A stretch of 64,000 bases of DNA, from assembly GCA_030324005.1 (NCBI GenBank), contig JARDVH010000031.1, positions 70,846,954 through 70,910,953 of the forward strand, in the 5' to 3' direction. The position numbers were made by a program, and so were the translations under genes. Source of the DNA: Negaprion brevirostris. Lineage: Eukaryota. Shown here piece by piece: positions 48,431 to 62,100 of the stretch (its first letter is position 1; each line of letters begins with the position of its first letter). The notes beneath the pieces were generated by a model. It worked only from the letters and a program-made list of their open reading frames with translations, did no database searches and was not told where the DNA came from.

Positions 48431-51400
48431 ATATATGAAATGCAATTTTCTCACTTGAAGGCACTAACCTATACTGTTCTGTGGACACTGGTTAGCTCCT
48501 TATTCATTCACTCATGTGGCAATCTTTATCGGCAAGCCCAGGTAGAAAGAGTTACACAGATATTCAACCATGGGAAGCATCGCTGGGTAGCCTGATCTGG
48601 CCCTGGACCAGTATAAGCAAGTGTGCATATGGCAAAAGTTGCCAGTTGGCGTTCAGGAACAGGAAATCGGTCTGCTATTGCTGTTCCCTAGCCTGGGGAT
48701 CACTAAAACCAACTGCAAAAGCCCAACTTTTGTCAATCAGCGCAGAGCTGGGATCAAATCTGGGGCATTGCTGTCCTGTACAGTTCAGTAGCACACCAGG
48801 CAGTACACTGCACCACTGGGGTGTCAGGACAACTAGACTTTGTTTCTGCGCTGACTGGCACACTCCCCTGTTTGTCAGCAACAGCACATTGAGTTGGCGA
48901 TCGGGCCTGCTTTCACTCTGTCTCCATTCTCCCTGCATACGTACACAATACAGTAACAAATATAATGGTTCCCATGGTATTTTGCCTTCAAATCCCTCCT
49001 GTAAACTAATCTTTGGGCGGTCAAATTGGGTTCGAGGTGTGTCAGGTTAATTGAAAAAAATGTCCAGAAGGAGAATGCTGCTTCACGTAATCTCCCCACA
49101 CAGAGGGAGAAGGAAGCGAGCTGCTCCTTAAAGGATGATCCGAGAAATTTCTCTGCACTGGTTTGTGCAGGCGCTAGGTAGCCTTAAATAAGGAAATGAA
49201 CTCAACTTGCCAGTCAGCAGCTCCAGGGAGTTGGGAAATACTGTTCTCTTTCCAGCTCTGCACATTTGTTGGACGACCTCTAGTCCAACCCAGGTGCATC
49301 TTATTTAAAGACAACTGCACAAATCCATGACTGAAGTGGAGAAAACAAGAGCTGGCTTCAACTCAAACCATGAAATCTTTTTCTTTTTCTTTGAATGTAG
49401 CCAAATTGAGCGAAAAAAGAGAAAACACCACTTTGCCTTGTAATTTGAATATTTCTTTATAAGGGAGAGACATTGAAGTTAGCTCAATGCTAACATTCCC
49501 TGAAGAAAAGGTTATATAATGAGGCTTGTGCTGCCATTCACAGTTTTGCACTAAAATCATATGGGCAGAGTGTACGAATTGTGTTTGCTAGATTTTGATG
49601 TTCTGGCAAATCAAGCAAAAATGGTCGGAAATTTAGAGTCGAAACAAACTTGGATAGAAACCAGAATCAGTTGCTGAGGCTGTAATGCTCACTTGGGTAC
49701 AATACTGCTCTGTGCCATTTGATCCGAAGTGGTTCAGTTGATGAAACCAATGCCCCAGAATACAACTGAGCAATGCAAAAAAAAACTAGTATGTGTTGTA
49801 ACACTGGATCTTCAGTAGGGCAGTGGTAGAGGTGATAAATTGGCCTTAGTGCTCCTAACCTCTTGCTAAAGAAAAGGTGCTATAGAGATGTGGTTATTGT
49901 GTTGTTGGGAGTGCGGGGGGGTGGGGGGGGGATGGAATCGGTCAGCATTCCAGCTTATGGTAGCCATCCAGTAATGTCTGTTCCTCTTGTGTGGACTGGC
50001 ATTCACATGTCTCACTTGGACAAAATATTGAAGTCTGGCCCAGTGCTTAAGGAGACTGTACCCCAGCAAGAGGCAGCACATTCAGGAAGGAAAACAAACT
50101 CTATTACCAAAATGCACAGCACAATATGACTGCAGCCTTGCTGACCTGGTGCAACATTGCAGCTGTGGTTTGTGTCACATGGTACATCAACAAGTGTCAT
50201 TTACTTCTGAGTAGGTCATTGTGCCACTCTTTGCACTGCCTTGCTACCTGGGAACTTCTCACACCAGGCAAATTTAAGTAAAAAGGTTGCAAAAAAAGCA
50301 GCATATGTATTTTGGCAAGTGTTTCAATAACAAGTATCAGGAGTTCAGAGGGTATTGACTAACCAGTCCTTGTGGTTTGTCAAGAGATTCTGAACCCCTT
50401 GACTCTGTGTATTAGTTACTGCTTTGTAACATGCTGCTAGCTATGAATTATCCTGAACGTACTTCCTATGTTTGATTTCCTATTATTCTGGAGTTTGTAC
50501 CACTGGGAATGTGAACAGACTTCAATAGAAGGCTAAGGCAAACAAGCACGATCAGCAAAGTAAGTTATTCAAATACAAATGATATAGTGCATAACATACC
50601 AGCATATCAAAACTGGGGTGTACATAATTAAAGGGGGAAGTAATGAAATGATATATATATAGTATTCCAGTTAATCAAAACTGTCTGGAATAACTTGATG
50701 TCAGGAGCTGGTGGTGAGTGTGTGATGCTACAAGCAGTTATCCTTTGATCGCCTACACATGATAATGGACACATGCTGAATTATACTGACTAGCTTGTCA
50801 CTACCACTTAGGCTGCATGGCAGAGTGCTGCCTATTTGTTAGAAAACACTTTTAAAAGGAAATAATTCCACAAATAGATAGTTAAAGGGGAATTACATTT
50901 GACTGAAATATCCTTTAAAGGCAGATACCTGTACACTTATTGGTGCCACTCGGTCTCTTAGTTGCCTCTTTGCTGTCCTATTTTTCATTTTCACAAAGCA
51001 CTGGTTTGAGGCAGTCAGGCAGCAGACATTTTGTCTACAGCTCATCCTCAGGTGACATCATGGATGGAGACAGTGGTTTGTGGGCAGCAGTCCACATTCA
51101 TGATGTCAAATGAAGCAAAGATTTATGATTATAGTCATGTAATTCATGGATAGCAAGAAGCGATTTAAAAGCTATAGAGAAGCGCACCTTTATCATATTT
51201 ATATATATCGGATTATATAGCAACATGTGAGAACGTTTCTCCTTTAACACTATCGTTAGCTAAATATTTAAGTAGTAAAAACAATGATTCCAACCAAACG
51301 TAGGCCAGAATGGTCCCAGGTTCAAATCCTATTTAACTGCAATGCAACAAGCAGCCCTTTCCTGTTCAATGCCCAATCGGACTAATGTCTGAGTGGAAAG

Positions 51401-51933
51401 TGTGAATGGGTGGCCATCAGGTTCAGGGCCTGGCTTGAAGCAAGTCCCCTGCACCCCACACCTCCCACTGCAATGTCTACTCTGACACTCCCCCTCCCCC
51501 CAAATGGTTGATTAGCTTCATGACTTTCACCATTTAGACACATGCTTGAAGAATAGCCACTTGGTTGGGCAAGGCCCTGGAGGATACCCAGCAGCTGTAG
51601 ATCCTAGCACCAGCATGAGTTAGCACTTTCAGGAGAGGTGATAATTGGATGGGTGGGGGTGGCAAGGGACTTTTTAAAGTAAATCTTTCATGTAATTATG
51701 TAATTCTTGAGCGCTTACTGGCTGTCCCAAATCTTTAAATGTTATTATCCAAACAATGATTCGCAAACTCTTGCTCAGAAATGGTAACGAGAGGGTTCAT
51801 TTTAAAACAATATTTACAACAAAAGCAAACGTAATTCAGTCACATTCTTATAGCTCTTTCTCTCTTACGTACACCATATATATATACCTGATAAGGTAGT
51901 CACACTCCATTCACCTCCCCTGTCCATAGAAGG

Positions 51934-52232
51934 TAAAGTTTATTTATAGGTGTCAGAAGTAGGCTTACATTAACACTGCAATGAATTTATTGTGAAGATC
52001 CCCTAGACACGAAACTCCAGCACCTGTTTGGATGCACTGAGGGAGAATTTAGCATGGCCAATGCGCCTAACCAGCACGTCTTTCGGACAATGGGTGGAAA
52101 CTGGAGCACCTGGAGGAAACCCGGGCAGACACTGGGAGAACGTGCAGACTTTGCACAGACAGTGATCCAAGCTGGGAACTGAACTCGGATTCCTAGCGCT
52201 GTCAGGCAGCAGCACTAACCACTGTGCCACCA
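51934..52232 (-). mobile_element. V-SINE, alternative-tail subfamily, full length
   Basis: Colinear with the copies at 34605 and 47243. Confidence 0.9.
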
Positions 52233-54382
52233 AAACTTACACTCTGCACTCCTGCACATTTACACACATTCACCTACAGACTAGTGGCAAAAGACTTAAG
52301 AACTCACCCTCCCCAAAACATACACAATCTGGTACAAACACACCAACATTTGCAAACTGCTCTGTGATACGTATGCCATGTTCAGTCAGGTTCTCTTCAC
52401 TCCTGAAGTTGTTAGCAATATTTAATTCTGAGTAAAGGCTGAGCTAAGTTGTTTTCTTTGCAGGAGGTATTATTGAAGGGATGGTGGGGGGTCGGGGGTG
52501 GTGGGGGGGGGTAGTTGAGGGGGAAGTGGATGGTGAAGAGAACTGGTTTTAATAGCAGAAGTGAATGTGCATCAAACACCTCATTACAACAAAGGTTGTG
52601 TCAGGACCCTCAATCACAACTCCCGTCACCAGATATTCCAACCTTCCCAGTCAGTTACCTAGGCAGCAGCAAAAAAGTCCTATCGTGAAAAGAATACTCA
52701 CATAGACACACACACAAGAAAAGGCGTTGAGGTGGCGATTGTCATTCAGACACCCTTTAACTCCCTCGCCAATGAAAATGTGCACGCAAGTTTTTTTTAA
52801 AGTGCAACTACATAAATCCTTCCTTTTCCCTAATTCCCTGTTAGCTCCTAGGTTCACAGATATGTAACCACAATTAACATGTGCTGGCTAGGGATTTGCA
52901 CAGCCGCCATCCTTCAGGCTGTATCCTGATGAAGTAGTATATTATTTCAGCTGGTAGTTCAACAAAGCTTTGGGATGAGACTGATTGATTAAGACCAGAT
53001 GGATGGCCACACATAGGTGCGACAAAAATAGAACACATTGCAGACATTCCTGGCATCGTCCTTCTATGGTTAGGGGAGGTGAACAGAGTGTGACTACCTT
53101 ATCAGTCTCCCGGTGGGACTGGGGAGGCAGGAATGTGAGACTGTGGCAGGGTCGGAGAGTGGTGGGATAGTACAAGAGAATGGCTGAAGAACTTAGGCTT
53201 CCAGATCAGCCATGTCCCAGCCTCTCTCTCTCTCTTCCCCCCTCAGCATGAAGTTTCACTTAATGTTCTGCCGGAGCCAAAGCCGTTATCTAGTTGTTAT
53301 AAATCGTCTTGGATTTCACTGTCGAGTCTGTGGAAACTACTGATCTCCGCCTGGCATCTCCGGTAGCTGTGCACTGCCTGCAGGGTATGATAGATTGTGG
53401 ACCCCTGTCCTGATGTTGTACACTCCAAGAGGAAAAAATAACTTTTCTCCTGCCTGCTTCAGTTACCCGTCCCCCCCACCCCACCTCCCCATAATACACA
53501 CACACACACACACAAACAGTCAATGTACTTTGAAGAATGGAGGCTTATCTATACATTTAGGTTAAAATACAACTCATCTGTGCATTTAAAAGAAAAAAAA
53601 TCGATCATTTTCCAACAACTATTGTTCATTTGTACCAGAAAGTAACCCAAAGCCTCAGTCTGAAATAAAAAGGCACCTAATTTCCTTTCTATCTGTCACA
53701 AATCTGCGCACATCTCAATGGACAGAATTAGCTTTGCAACTTATGTGCAGAACAAACCTCTGCATTAATTCAAAGCTCACATCTCTATTATATTAACCCT
53801 AGTTAGGAAAGCATTACAAAGCTAGGAGCTTGATAAGAGTATAATGTCTCAAATAGTTAAGTTTTAGTTTCATGCTTTTCTCATGAAACTATTTTACTTT
53901 ATATGCTATTGCCTTATAACTGCTCCCCCTCCACTATAAATGTACAGATCTAAATGCTAGGTTTGTCATGAAATCTCCAAGAATTAAAGAGTAATCTCTG
54001 AGACTGCTTTGTGCAACCCTGAAGAATACACTTTTTTCCATTTTCTTTCAACACTTCCATTTAGGAGTTTACAAAAGATACTGGAGATGGCAAGATGGGG
54101 TTGTTTAACTGGGTAGGGCATTTGGAGGTGGGGGGGGGGGGTGGTCATGTGAGGAAAGTGCCACAAATACATCCAAACAGAGTTGGCAACTGGACATACC
54201 TGCAAGCTTGTGCTGCACTAAAAATAAAATGGAAAGTACTTAATTTTATTATTGTAAGTCAGATCTGATTTCTATCAGCATAAAAAGATACGTTTTAAAC
54301 TAGGCCCAAGGTCCTTGGTTTATTTTGTGTTGTATTCGCTACAGATTTTTGTGTCAAACAATAAACACAATCCACCATATTA

Positions 54383-54644
54383 GGTAGAGTTTACAGAACA
54401 GAAGCAGGCCATTTAACCCAATAGGTTGGTGCTGGGGTCTATGCTCCAAACAAGCCTCCTCCCAGCTTCTTTCCTCTAATCCTCTCAGAATTCCTTGTAT
54501 TCTTTATCACTCATGTATTTTTCTAGGTATGTGTCTGTGCTGTTTACCTTAACCAATGAGTTTCAAAATCTCACCACCTTGTGAGTAAAGACGCTTCTTC
54601 TGAATTCCACTCTGGATTGATCAGCGATTACCTTATATTCATGC
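54383..54644 (-). mobile_element. Old CR1 3' fragment
   Basis: cagaagcaggccatttaaccca...atgctcca..agcctcctccca...tctcaccaccttgtgagtaaag...tctgaattcc. Confidence 0.65.
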
Positions 54645-55002
54645 AGTGAGTGTGCAAAACTTCAAAGATCTTTTTTTTGGTAAAGTTTCTATTCAAAGTC
54701 CCATAATTAGTCATCAGCCATTGTAGAATTTTCAGAAGTGTCATTTCAAAGCTTGGGACATGTGAGTCAACATTTATTCCATAATGGTTGAAACTGAAGC
54801 TCAGTAACCATTGACATGCTCAGCTGCTCCGGAATTGGCATTATCTCTCATTCAGAATTTTTAACAATTGTTGTACTGAAATGCAAGCTTTTAAATTCGC
54901 AATGGCTGCCATTTAATAGCTCGAGCAGCAAAATAAGATTGGATTTATTCTTTAAAATGGAATGGAAATTCTGAACTTAGTGGCTTCAACGTTACTTCAC
55001 AA

Positions 55003-55320
55003 AGCACGGTGGCACAGTGGTTAGCACTGCTGCCTCACAGTGCCATGGATCTGAGTTCAATTCCTGGCTCGGGTCACTGTCTGTATGGAGTTTGCACATT
55101 TTCCCCATGTCTCTATGGGTTTCTTCCGGGTGCTCCAGTTTCCTCCCACATTCCAAAGATGTGCAGGTTAGGTGGACTGGCCGTGCTAAATTGCCCCTTA
55201 GTGTTGGGGGACTGGCGAGGGTAAATATATGGGGTTATGGGGTCAGGGCCTGGGTGGAATTGTGGTCAGTGCAGACTCGATGGGCCAAATGGCCTCCTTC
55301 TGCACTGTAGGATTCTATGA
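55003..55320 (+). mobile_element. HE1-like V-SINE, full length, CR1/HER1-type tail
   Basis: gcacggtggcacagtggttagcactgctgcctcacag head (box A), gagttcaattcc (box B), V-domain, and tail ending ctgtaggattctatga. Confidence 0.93.
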
Positions 55321-56080
55321 GAGCTGCTAGGTGTTTGCTGATCTCTCACATTTCTTTTCCGTGTTGACACAATATAAGGATATCCAATTCAATCCAGTAA
55401 TTTACCATCATTGAGTGAAGGACCAAGGTTCAATACTACAGATTGCAATGTTAGCTTGATATACCAGAGCATTTGCATGATAACCTTTGGGGATCATGCA
55501 GACACTTCACTAGTCTTTTCTCCTTGGGAGTTTTCCCTGTTCTTCCCAACCTTCAGCAGGAGATGGAGAACTTGTGGAGTGTTTTAATTGAATGTGAAGG
55601 AAGGAATATGTTTGATGCACAAGTGGCTTTTTACATTCCAAACCTTCTTTTCTTATTGAAAGACTGAATGGATTCTACCTAAACAGTGCAAGGGTCCCTA
55701 TATTGCAAACTTTATACCAAGATATTGACTGGAATATTTGCTACATCAGAAATCTGTACTAATTTAGGGTGGCCTAGTAATTCACTTTATTTTGCGTTTC
55801 TGGCAGATACATAGGGAATGATTTTTAACCCCACACACCAGCAAGATTGGACAGGCGAGAAGTTAAAATTACTGAGGTTGGAAGCTAGACTTTACACTGT
55901 CTTAGTCGACTTAACCGAGTAAGTGACACAGAGATCTACATAAAGTCGGCAGGCTGCCCTAGAATATATGTCTGCTATTTTGATCTGACTGCCGCTTTCA
56001 TGATGTAGCTTGAGCAGGAAGTGCCAATGTGTTACCCTGAAAGGTCAGAAGAGTCCCAAAAAGGTAAGTTTACAAACATT

Positions 56081-56136
56081 TCTCTTTGATGCTGCCTGAT
56101 CTGCTGAGTATTTCCAGCATTTTCTGTTTCTATTTC
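56081..56136 (+). mobile_element. Penelope-like terminal repeat fragment, opposite orientation to 45027
   Basis: gatgctgcctgatctgctgagtatttccagcattttctgttt. Confidence 0.75.
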
Positions 56137-57120
56137 TTTTTACTTTCCTTCTGATGCCAGGTTTCACAAGAAAAGCCTAGCTATGCCACCCCCTCCACCC
56201 CATAACTACCATGACCTCAAATGCAGCACCCACCCCCAACATTCTCCACTTCCTCCCCCTCCACCAATTGCAGATGGCCTAGTTATCTCTTCAAGTGGGC
56301 ATTTAAATGATGAAGGAAAGTAGGAAGTTCCCTCAGTCACCTGTCAACATTCTTCCCTCAGCCTCCCTCAAGTACCATGAGGCTGATTATCTATTCATTC
56401 ATCTTTTTGCTGTTGTGATGGTGTGTTGTGTGTAAAATGGCTGCCACAGTTGTCAACATGACAACCAAGTAAATTGTTGCACGTGAACTCTTGCAATATT
56501 GCTGAAAGACAATGTAAGCTGCCGTTTTATGGTGTGCTGCTACATCCTACAAAGCTCAACTTCACTGGATTATATCTTTCTCAAAACAACTAATAACATA
56601 AATAAGATGTAGATTAAAAAGGTAGACAACTTTAACTTGACCATATTAAAACAAACACAGTGGTAACAAAAAAGACAGATGCCCCTTGACAAGGCAGATG
56701 TTAATGTCCAGCTTAGACACTGGCTGGAAGAATTATACTACTGGGTAAAGCAACTGAGGGCAACATAAAAAGGGGTTAAATTGGACAGTCTCTGAAAATG
56801 CCTACAGGGCTCGTGATGTATGATTAACCTGCATCCGTTAATTGCAATGCAAACAGCCCGCCAACCTCATGCTGCCTGCTCATTTGAATGATCGCAGCGT
56901 CCAGCCAGTGCTAACCACGTTGTTCATTGATTGGATGTATCAGCAGGGGGCCAATATCATGAGTGGCTAGTCCCAATTAAAGCTAGCCCACACTGCTCAA
57001 TGCTAGCCTTCCCCTCTTCTAGTGGAGGTGCATTGTGTCTGAAGCAGGTACTGCAGTCATGGCTGAAGAGAATTTGATCTGGCAAAGAATGTGAAATAGT
57101 AGAACAGAGAGAGAGAGAGA

Positions 57121-57348
57121 GAGAGGGCACCAAGGTTTACAGAAGCTGCCCTGGAGGTCTTGGCTGAAGAGTTGGAAAGGAGGAGCAATGTCCTGTATCT
57201 ACAGGGAGGAAGGGGGAGGAGGCCCTCCAGACACACAGTCAATAGGCAGTGGGAGCAGATAACCATGAAGGTCGGTGCAAGGAATCAAGCCCCAAGGATC
57301 TGGCTGCAGTGTCGCAAGAAGTTTAATGACCTAACGCGAGTGGTCAAG
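57121..57348 (+). pseudogene. Myb/SANT-like DNA-binding domain exon (Harbinger ORF2/MSANTD-NAIF1-like), no start codon
   Basis: ERAPRFTEAALEVLAEELERRSNVLY...NRQWEQITMKVGARNQAPRIWLQCRKKFNDLTRVVK then donor AAG|GTCAGT. The trihelix signature R..RF...W..I...R.W.QCRKKFNDL is present. In-frame TAG TAG at 57097-57102, upstream of a GA repeat. Confidence 0.82.
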
Positions 57349-57850
57349 GTCAGTGAATGCATCTTCGATTCCTCTATCCTGCGAGTTGCAACTGTATTCA
57401 CAGCCATTAACATCACTGTTCACTCAGAACTTATCCACCATTAATATCTCTCAGTCAGGTCTCCTACTGAACATTCATGTGTTTTACTTCATCTTTACAC
57501 AAAAGCCTTAGACCTAGGTTTACCAGCTGCGATTAAATGTATTCCTGGAGGTTTCATGACATGATGTTCCCCCACGTTCCAGCCATTCATTGGAGCCAAA
57601 AAGATTCATCACCCAAATGGATGATGCTTGACTGTCAACCACGTAGCCTTCTTTTCCCTTGGAGGAGGCTGAGCTGGCCGTACTGGACGGGCCATTGCAG
57701 AGGCTGTAAACAGCAGTGGGAATGAAGCTATCAAAGAAGATCAGATCCTCCGACCTAACTCTCCTTCTCACATCCTAATGCCCCCATTTCACACACATTC
57801 TCTTCTGATTTACAATCTGCAAAAGATGGAGGTATACAGCTCTTACTTTT

Positions 57851-58117
57851 CATAGAATAGAATCACAGATTCCTGTCAGTGCAGAAGGAGGCCATTTGGC
57901 CCATCGACCCTGCACTGACAAAAATCCCACCCAGGTCCTACCCCTGTAACCATCCTGCTAACCCCCTTGACACTTAGAGGCAATTTAACATGGCCAATCA
58001 ATCTAACTGGCACATCTTGGCCTGTGGGAGAAAACCGGAGCACCCGCGCAGACATGCAAACTCAACACAGTCACCTGAGGCTGGAATTGAACCCAAGCCC
58101 CTGGAGCTGTGTGGCAC
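57851..58117 (-). mobile_element. HE1-like V-SINE inserted in the Harbinger remnant
   Basis: cagtgcagaaggaggccatttggcccatcga tail; ggcaatttaacatggccaatc; ctggaattgaaccca. Confidence 0.88.
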
Positions 58118-59024
58118 AACATTACCTTTCAGATACTAAAAGATCCAGCCTGATCAGGCAATGGAGAAACACCAAGCAAATGATGATAAGCACACCGCAT
58201 CATCACTTGTTTTCACACTCACAGCTACCAACTCAGGTAGTAACATTGCACACATTTTAGGGGGTAGAGGTAGAATCTGTTCTTCCTGAGCCACTGGGCA
58301 CAAGGTCAGGGCAGGGGAAAGAACAACACCGTTCACAGATCCTCCAAATACAGAGGATGGGTCACCTACAGAACAGGGATGATGGATATACACAACCGCA
58401 CAACAAAATGCCTGGTACATATGGAAACCTGCAGAAAGGTCAATGTCAGAGATCCTGGAAGAGTCCAACATATTGGCACAGATCAGGCTTTGTGCAGAGT
58501 TTCAAACTCATACTTTCCATCACAGAAGTGGTGACCAATTCCAGTTATTATACTTGTGGGCCCAATCGTATTGCAGTGCCTGATTACCATGGTTGCAACT
58601 TCCACCCAGTGCATGAAAAGAAAGCTTCAACTGCTGTCATGCAACTTCAGATTGTTCCCATTCAAGTTTAAAAGCTGCCATGATGCTTATGTACCACAAT
58701 GTGTGAAGTGGAGCTTGTAGAGTGTCACAGCACTTCAACATTCTGTCCTCAAGCAGNNNNNNNNNNNNNNNNNNNNNNNNNNNNNNNNNNNNNNNNNNNN
58801 NNNNNNNNNNNNNNNNNNNNNNNNNNNNNNNNNNNNNNNNNNNNNNNNNNNNNNNNNNNNNNNNNNNNNNNNNNNNNNNNNNNNNNNNNNNNNNNNNNNN
58901 NNNNNNNNCACTTCCATGGATGAGTGGTAAGGGTCAATGGAGCATGAATGTGTTCTCCCAGGAAGGCAACATTCATCCTCCTACCCCTGCCACTTCATCA
59001 ATGCCCTTGCTGTTGCTTATCAAT

Positions 59025-59118
59025 GTTTGCTAATAAATAAATCTGTTGGAATTTAATCTGGTGTTGTGAGACTTCTTACTGTGTTTACCCCAGTCCAACA
59101 CCGACATCTCCACATCAT
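59025..59118. mobile_element. Terminal fragment of the second Penelope-like family
   Basis: ctgttggaatttaatctggtgttgtgagacttcttactgtgtttaccccagtccaacaccgacatctccacatcat; inverse of 15380-15482. Confidence 0.65.
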
Positions 59119-62100
59119 GCCTGTCAGCTACCCATGCAAAGATGGTATACTTTGCAACCAGGCCTCCAAGGCCAAGAGCTGCTCAACAGCCTCATATAAG
59201 GCTATCTGCTGACTCTTGCACAGTAATTGGCACAAACTAGTTATGGCCTCCTGGTGGGAGCCCTTCCTCCCCATCTTCCAGCTGTCTATTCTGCTTTGTG
59301 TGACCTCTGCCCATTCTCCAGGTCAATCTGTAGTTGAAGGGCAATGTCTCAGAGTACAACCATATCTGGCAGCAACGGGTTAATACAAAAAAACATCGGA
59401 GTCAGCAAAACACTACTTCAGCACCTGCCAACCCACTCCCTGTGGTCTTCTGCAGTTTCAAACAACTCTATAAAGCACCAGCACAGCAACAGTCACAAGA
59501 AATCAACCAGCAAGTAATTTGTAAGTAGTTGACCATCCCTTCAGGAAGAAGAGTGGTCTTCCTACTGCTTAATGTATGTTCAGTTCTGCAATCGTTTAAA
59601 AGAGAAAGCACTGGCTTGAGTGCTGAGCTCTGAAATTTCACCCTGGCATCAAATCAGTATTGCATGCAAACTGCTATTGTGACCTTTCTTGCTCTGCATA
59701 CTTCCAGTGGATATTCACTGTACGCACACTAATGCCTGAACCAATATGTTGTCTAGATCAATTGACTCCACAAGTCCGCAGTGCAATCTTGATGACATTT
59801 TGGAGCCCTAGCAATGCTTGAAGCACCCAATACAATAGGTGTTTCTCGCACAAAGATTTTAACATGCTAATGAACAACTTCAGTCCTTTCCTGTTTACCT
59901 CCTGTTCTTAATTTCCGAATCTCAATATTTCTGATCTTTTCAGAGCAGGCAGCCTTCTTAACAAGCACCAAGACAACTCTCAGGTGGAAGCTAAAAATAT
60001 TGTGCATTAGCAAGTCTTAGTTATTTAGAGCTTCTATGATGAAAGAACCAGATATAACTTTCCAGTTACCATCTTACCATGGGCCAACTGTACAGCAATT
60101 AGATTGCCAAATCGCAAAATGTTCCAGCACCCCCTTCCCCTCAGTCACTCGTACGCCACAGACCAACTCTACAATAATTGGACTGATATGAGATGGTTTT
60201 GAGAAACTCTGGGTTTAGATGCAATTCAAAATGGAATTAGGTGTTGTTAAATAATGTTTTAAATGGAAATATCAATTCCTTTGGATTTTACCATCCAATC
60301 TTCAACTATCAGGTGATGTTGATGAAGGTTACAATGCTATGGAGGTTGCTTGATGCTTCATGATATTTGCAAGGCTATAAAATTGCTCGAGATCTTCGAT
60401 GTTTGGTTTCTTCACTGCTTTGGCTAATGAATAAACACGATCTGGTTCTTCCGCTTCCTCAAATTGTACTTTCTAATTTACTTGACAGAAAATGTGCACA
60501 TGCAATGGCATCCTGTAATCAGCACTTTCATTCTTCCAGTCAAAGAAGAGGGGAAAAAAAAGTGAGAACAAGATTGAAAATGACCGTAAGTGGGTTCAGT
60601 CCCGGTGAGCTGTTTATTACAGACTGGAGTCATTCTGCAGCCAATACAAAGTCAAAAGCAACGGATGATTTGACATCCAGGTTCGACTGCCACTTTCATG
60701 CCAAGGGACACCCAATATCACCTCACGTCAACGCAAAAGTAACAGTATATAACTAGATTTGCGGAGGGTTTGTTCTGTCACTTTATGGAAATCTTTTTGC
60801 TTAGAGAGAGCTGTGAACACTTGGATCTGACTGTGTGGTAAGAAAATAATAATTAAACTGTATACAGCTATTAACAGTTTGTGTAAAATAAATTTTAAAA
60901 GTGACAGTAGGAGGGAAAAGATAATAAAACCATGACATCAGTTTGAAAAAAATAAATGGGAGAATCTATAGAAGAAAATTAGAACTGTACAAAGTGTACA
61001 GCACAGTACACTGTGTGTATAATTAGAAGGACAGGTATTAAAATGTTATTTCTATGTTGTGACTGTAACATGATTCTAACCTCTTACCATGCTATAAAGA
61101 GTTTTTAACGTGCAACTAAATAATTTCAATCTGTTCCATTTAACTCATTTCCTGTCAAGTTGTTTATTTGTTTTTCAAACCTTTTATTAGATTGAGGTAT
61201 GGATAAGGTAATTATCAAAAAATATACGGTTTGGAAGCAGCAGCGAGAAACTACATGAGCAGGGCCCAAAGTGAGGCATCCATTTTATACAACGATAATG
61301 GACACTACTGGCCTCAGTAACAGAAAAGGTGAATGAATGTCCTCAGTGGAAAATAAGAAAGGTTTATATGCTACAACTATACAAGCCAGCCACACAACAT
61401 TATTAATACGATGAAATATTAATCACACTACTGTGTAGTTACAATGATTAACTGCAAATGTTGACTATTTTTCTTAAGTTGCTTTGCAGCAAGGGAGTGG
61501 CCATGTGCAGGAAGACACTTAACCTCCATCACATTTCTCCTGGATGCACACAGCCAGCCTCTGACCACCTGAGACAGATCACGACGCATGTTACACTCAC
61601 TCATGCACACCAAGCAATACACAAGTTCAGTGTAAAGCGACTTTAAAAGCTCATCGGGCACGTACTTTGCTTGTACGAAATACCTTATTCATGACAGAGC
61701 AGCAAGTGCCTAGNNNNNNNNNNNNNNNNNNNNNNNNNNNNNNNNNNNNNNNNNNNNNNNNNNNNNNNNNNNNNNNNNNNNNNNNNNNNNNNNNNNNNNN
61801 NNNNNNNNNNNNNNNNNNNNNNNNNNNNNNNNNNNNNNNNNNNNNTTAAAGTTTGATGAGTTGGCGGCAGAACGCTTCCTAGCTGCTGCAGGAGAGCTGC
61901 TTATTTTGCCAAAGTTGTTTAAAAGATGAAGGGGGCAGGAAGGGAGAGACTGTGACGGGAAAATANNNNNNNNNNNNNNNNNNNNNNNNNNNNNNNNNNN
62001 NNNNNNNNNNNNNNNNNNNNNNNNNNNNNNNNNNNNNNNNNNNNNNNNNNNNNNNNNNNNNNNNNNNNNNNNNNNNNNNNNNNNNNNNNNNNNNNNNNNN

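Larger units (their letters stand above)
56771..59250 (+). mobile_element. PIF/Harbinger-derived transposon remnant carrying the Myb/SANT gene; right end unresolved
   Basis: TIR-like start aggggttaaattgga, Myb/SANT exon at 57121, further decayed coding-like blocks at about 57650-57745 and 58130-58740. Interrupted by a SINE at 57851 and a gap. Confidence 0.55.

Noticed and set aside
48514-49050. 178-aa ORF
   Set aside because: Overlaps a decayed SINE, has no recognisable domain and is antisense to ZEB2.
55003-55080. tRNA-like sequence with A and B boxes
   Set aside because: It is the head of an HE1-like SINE, not a tRNA gene; the same applies to the other SINE heads.
60070-61092. Minus-strand ATG|GTAAGA donors at about 60075 and 61085
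   Set aside because: No convincing upstream acceptor or in-phase start was seen; treated as background.
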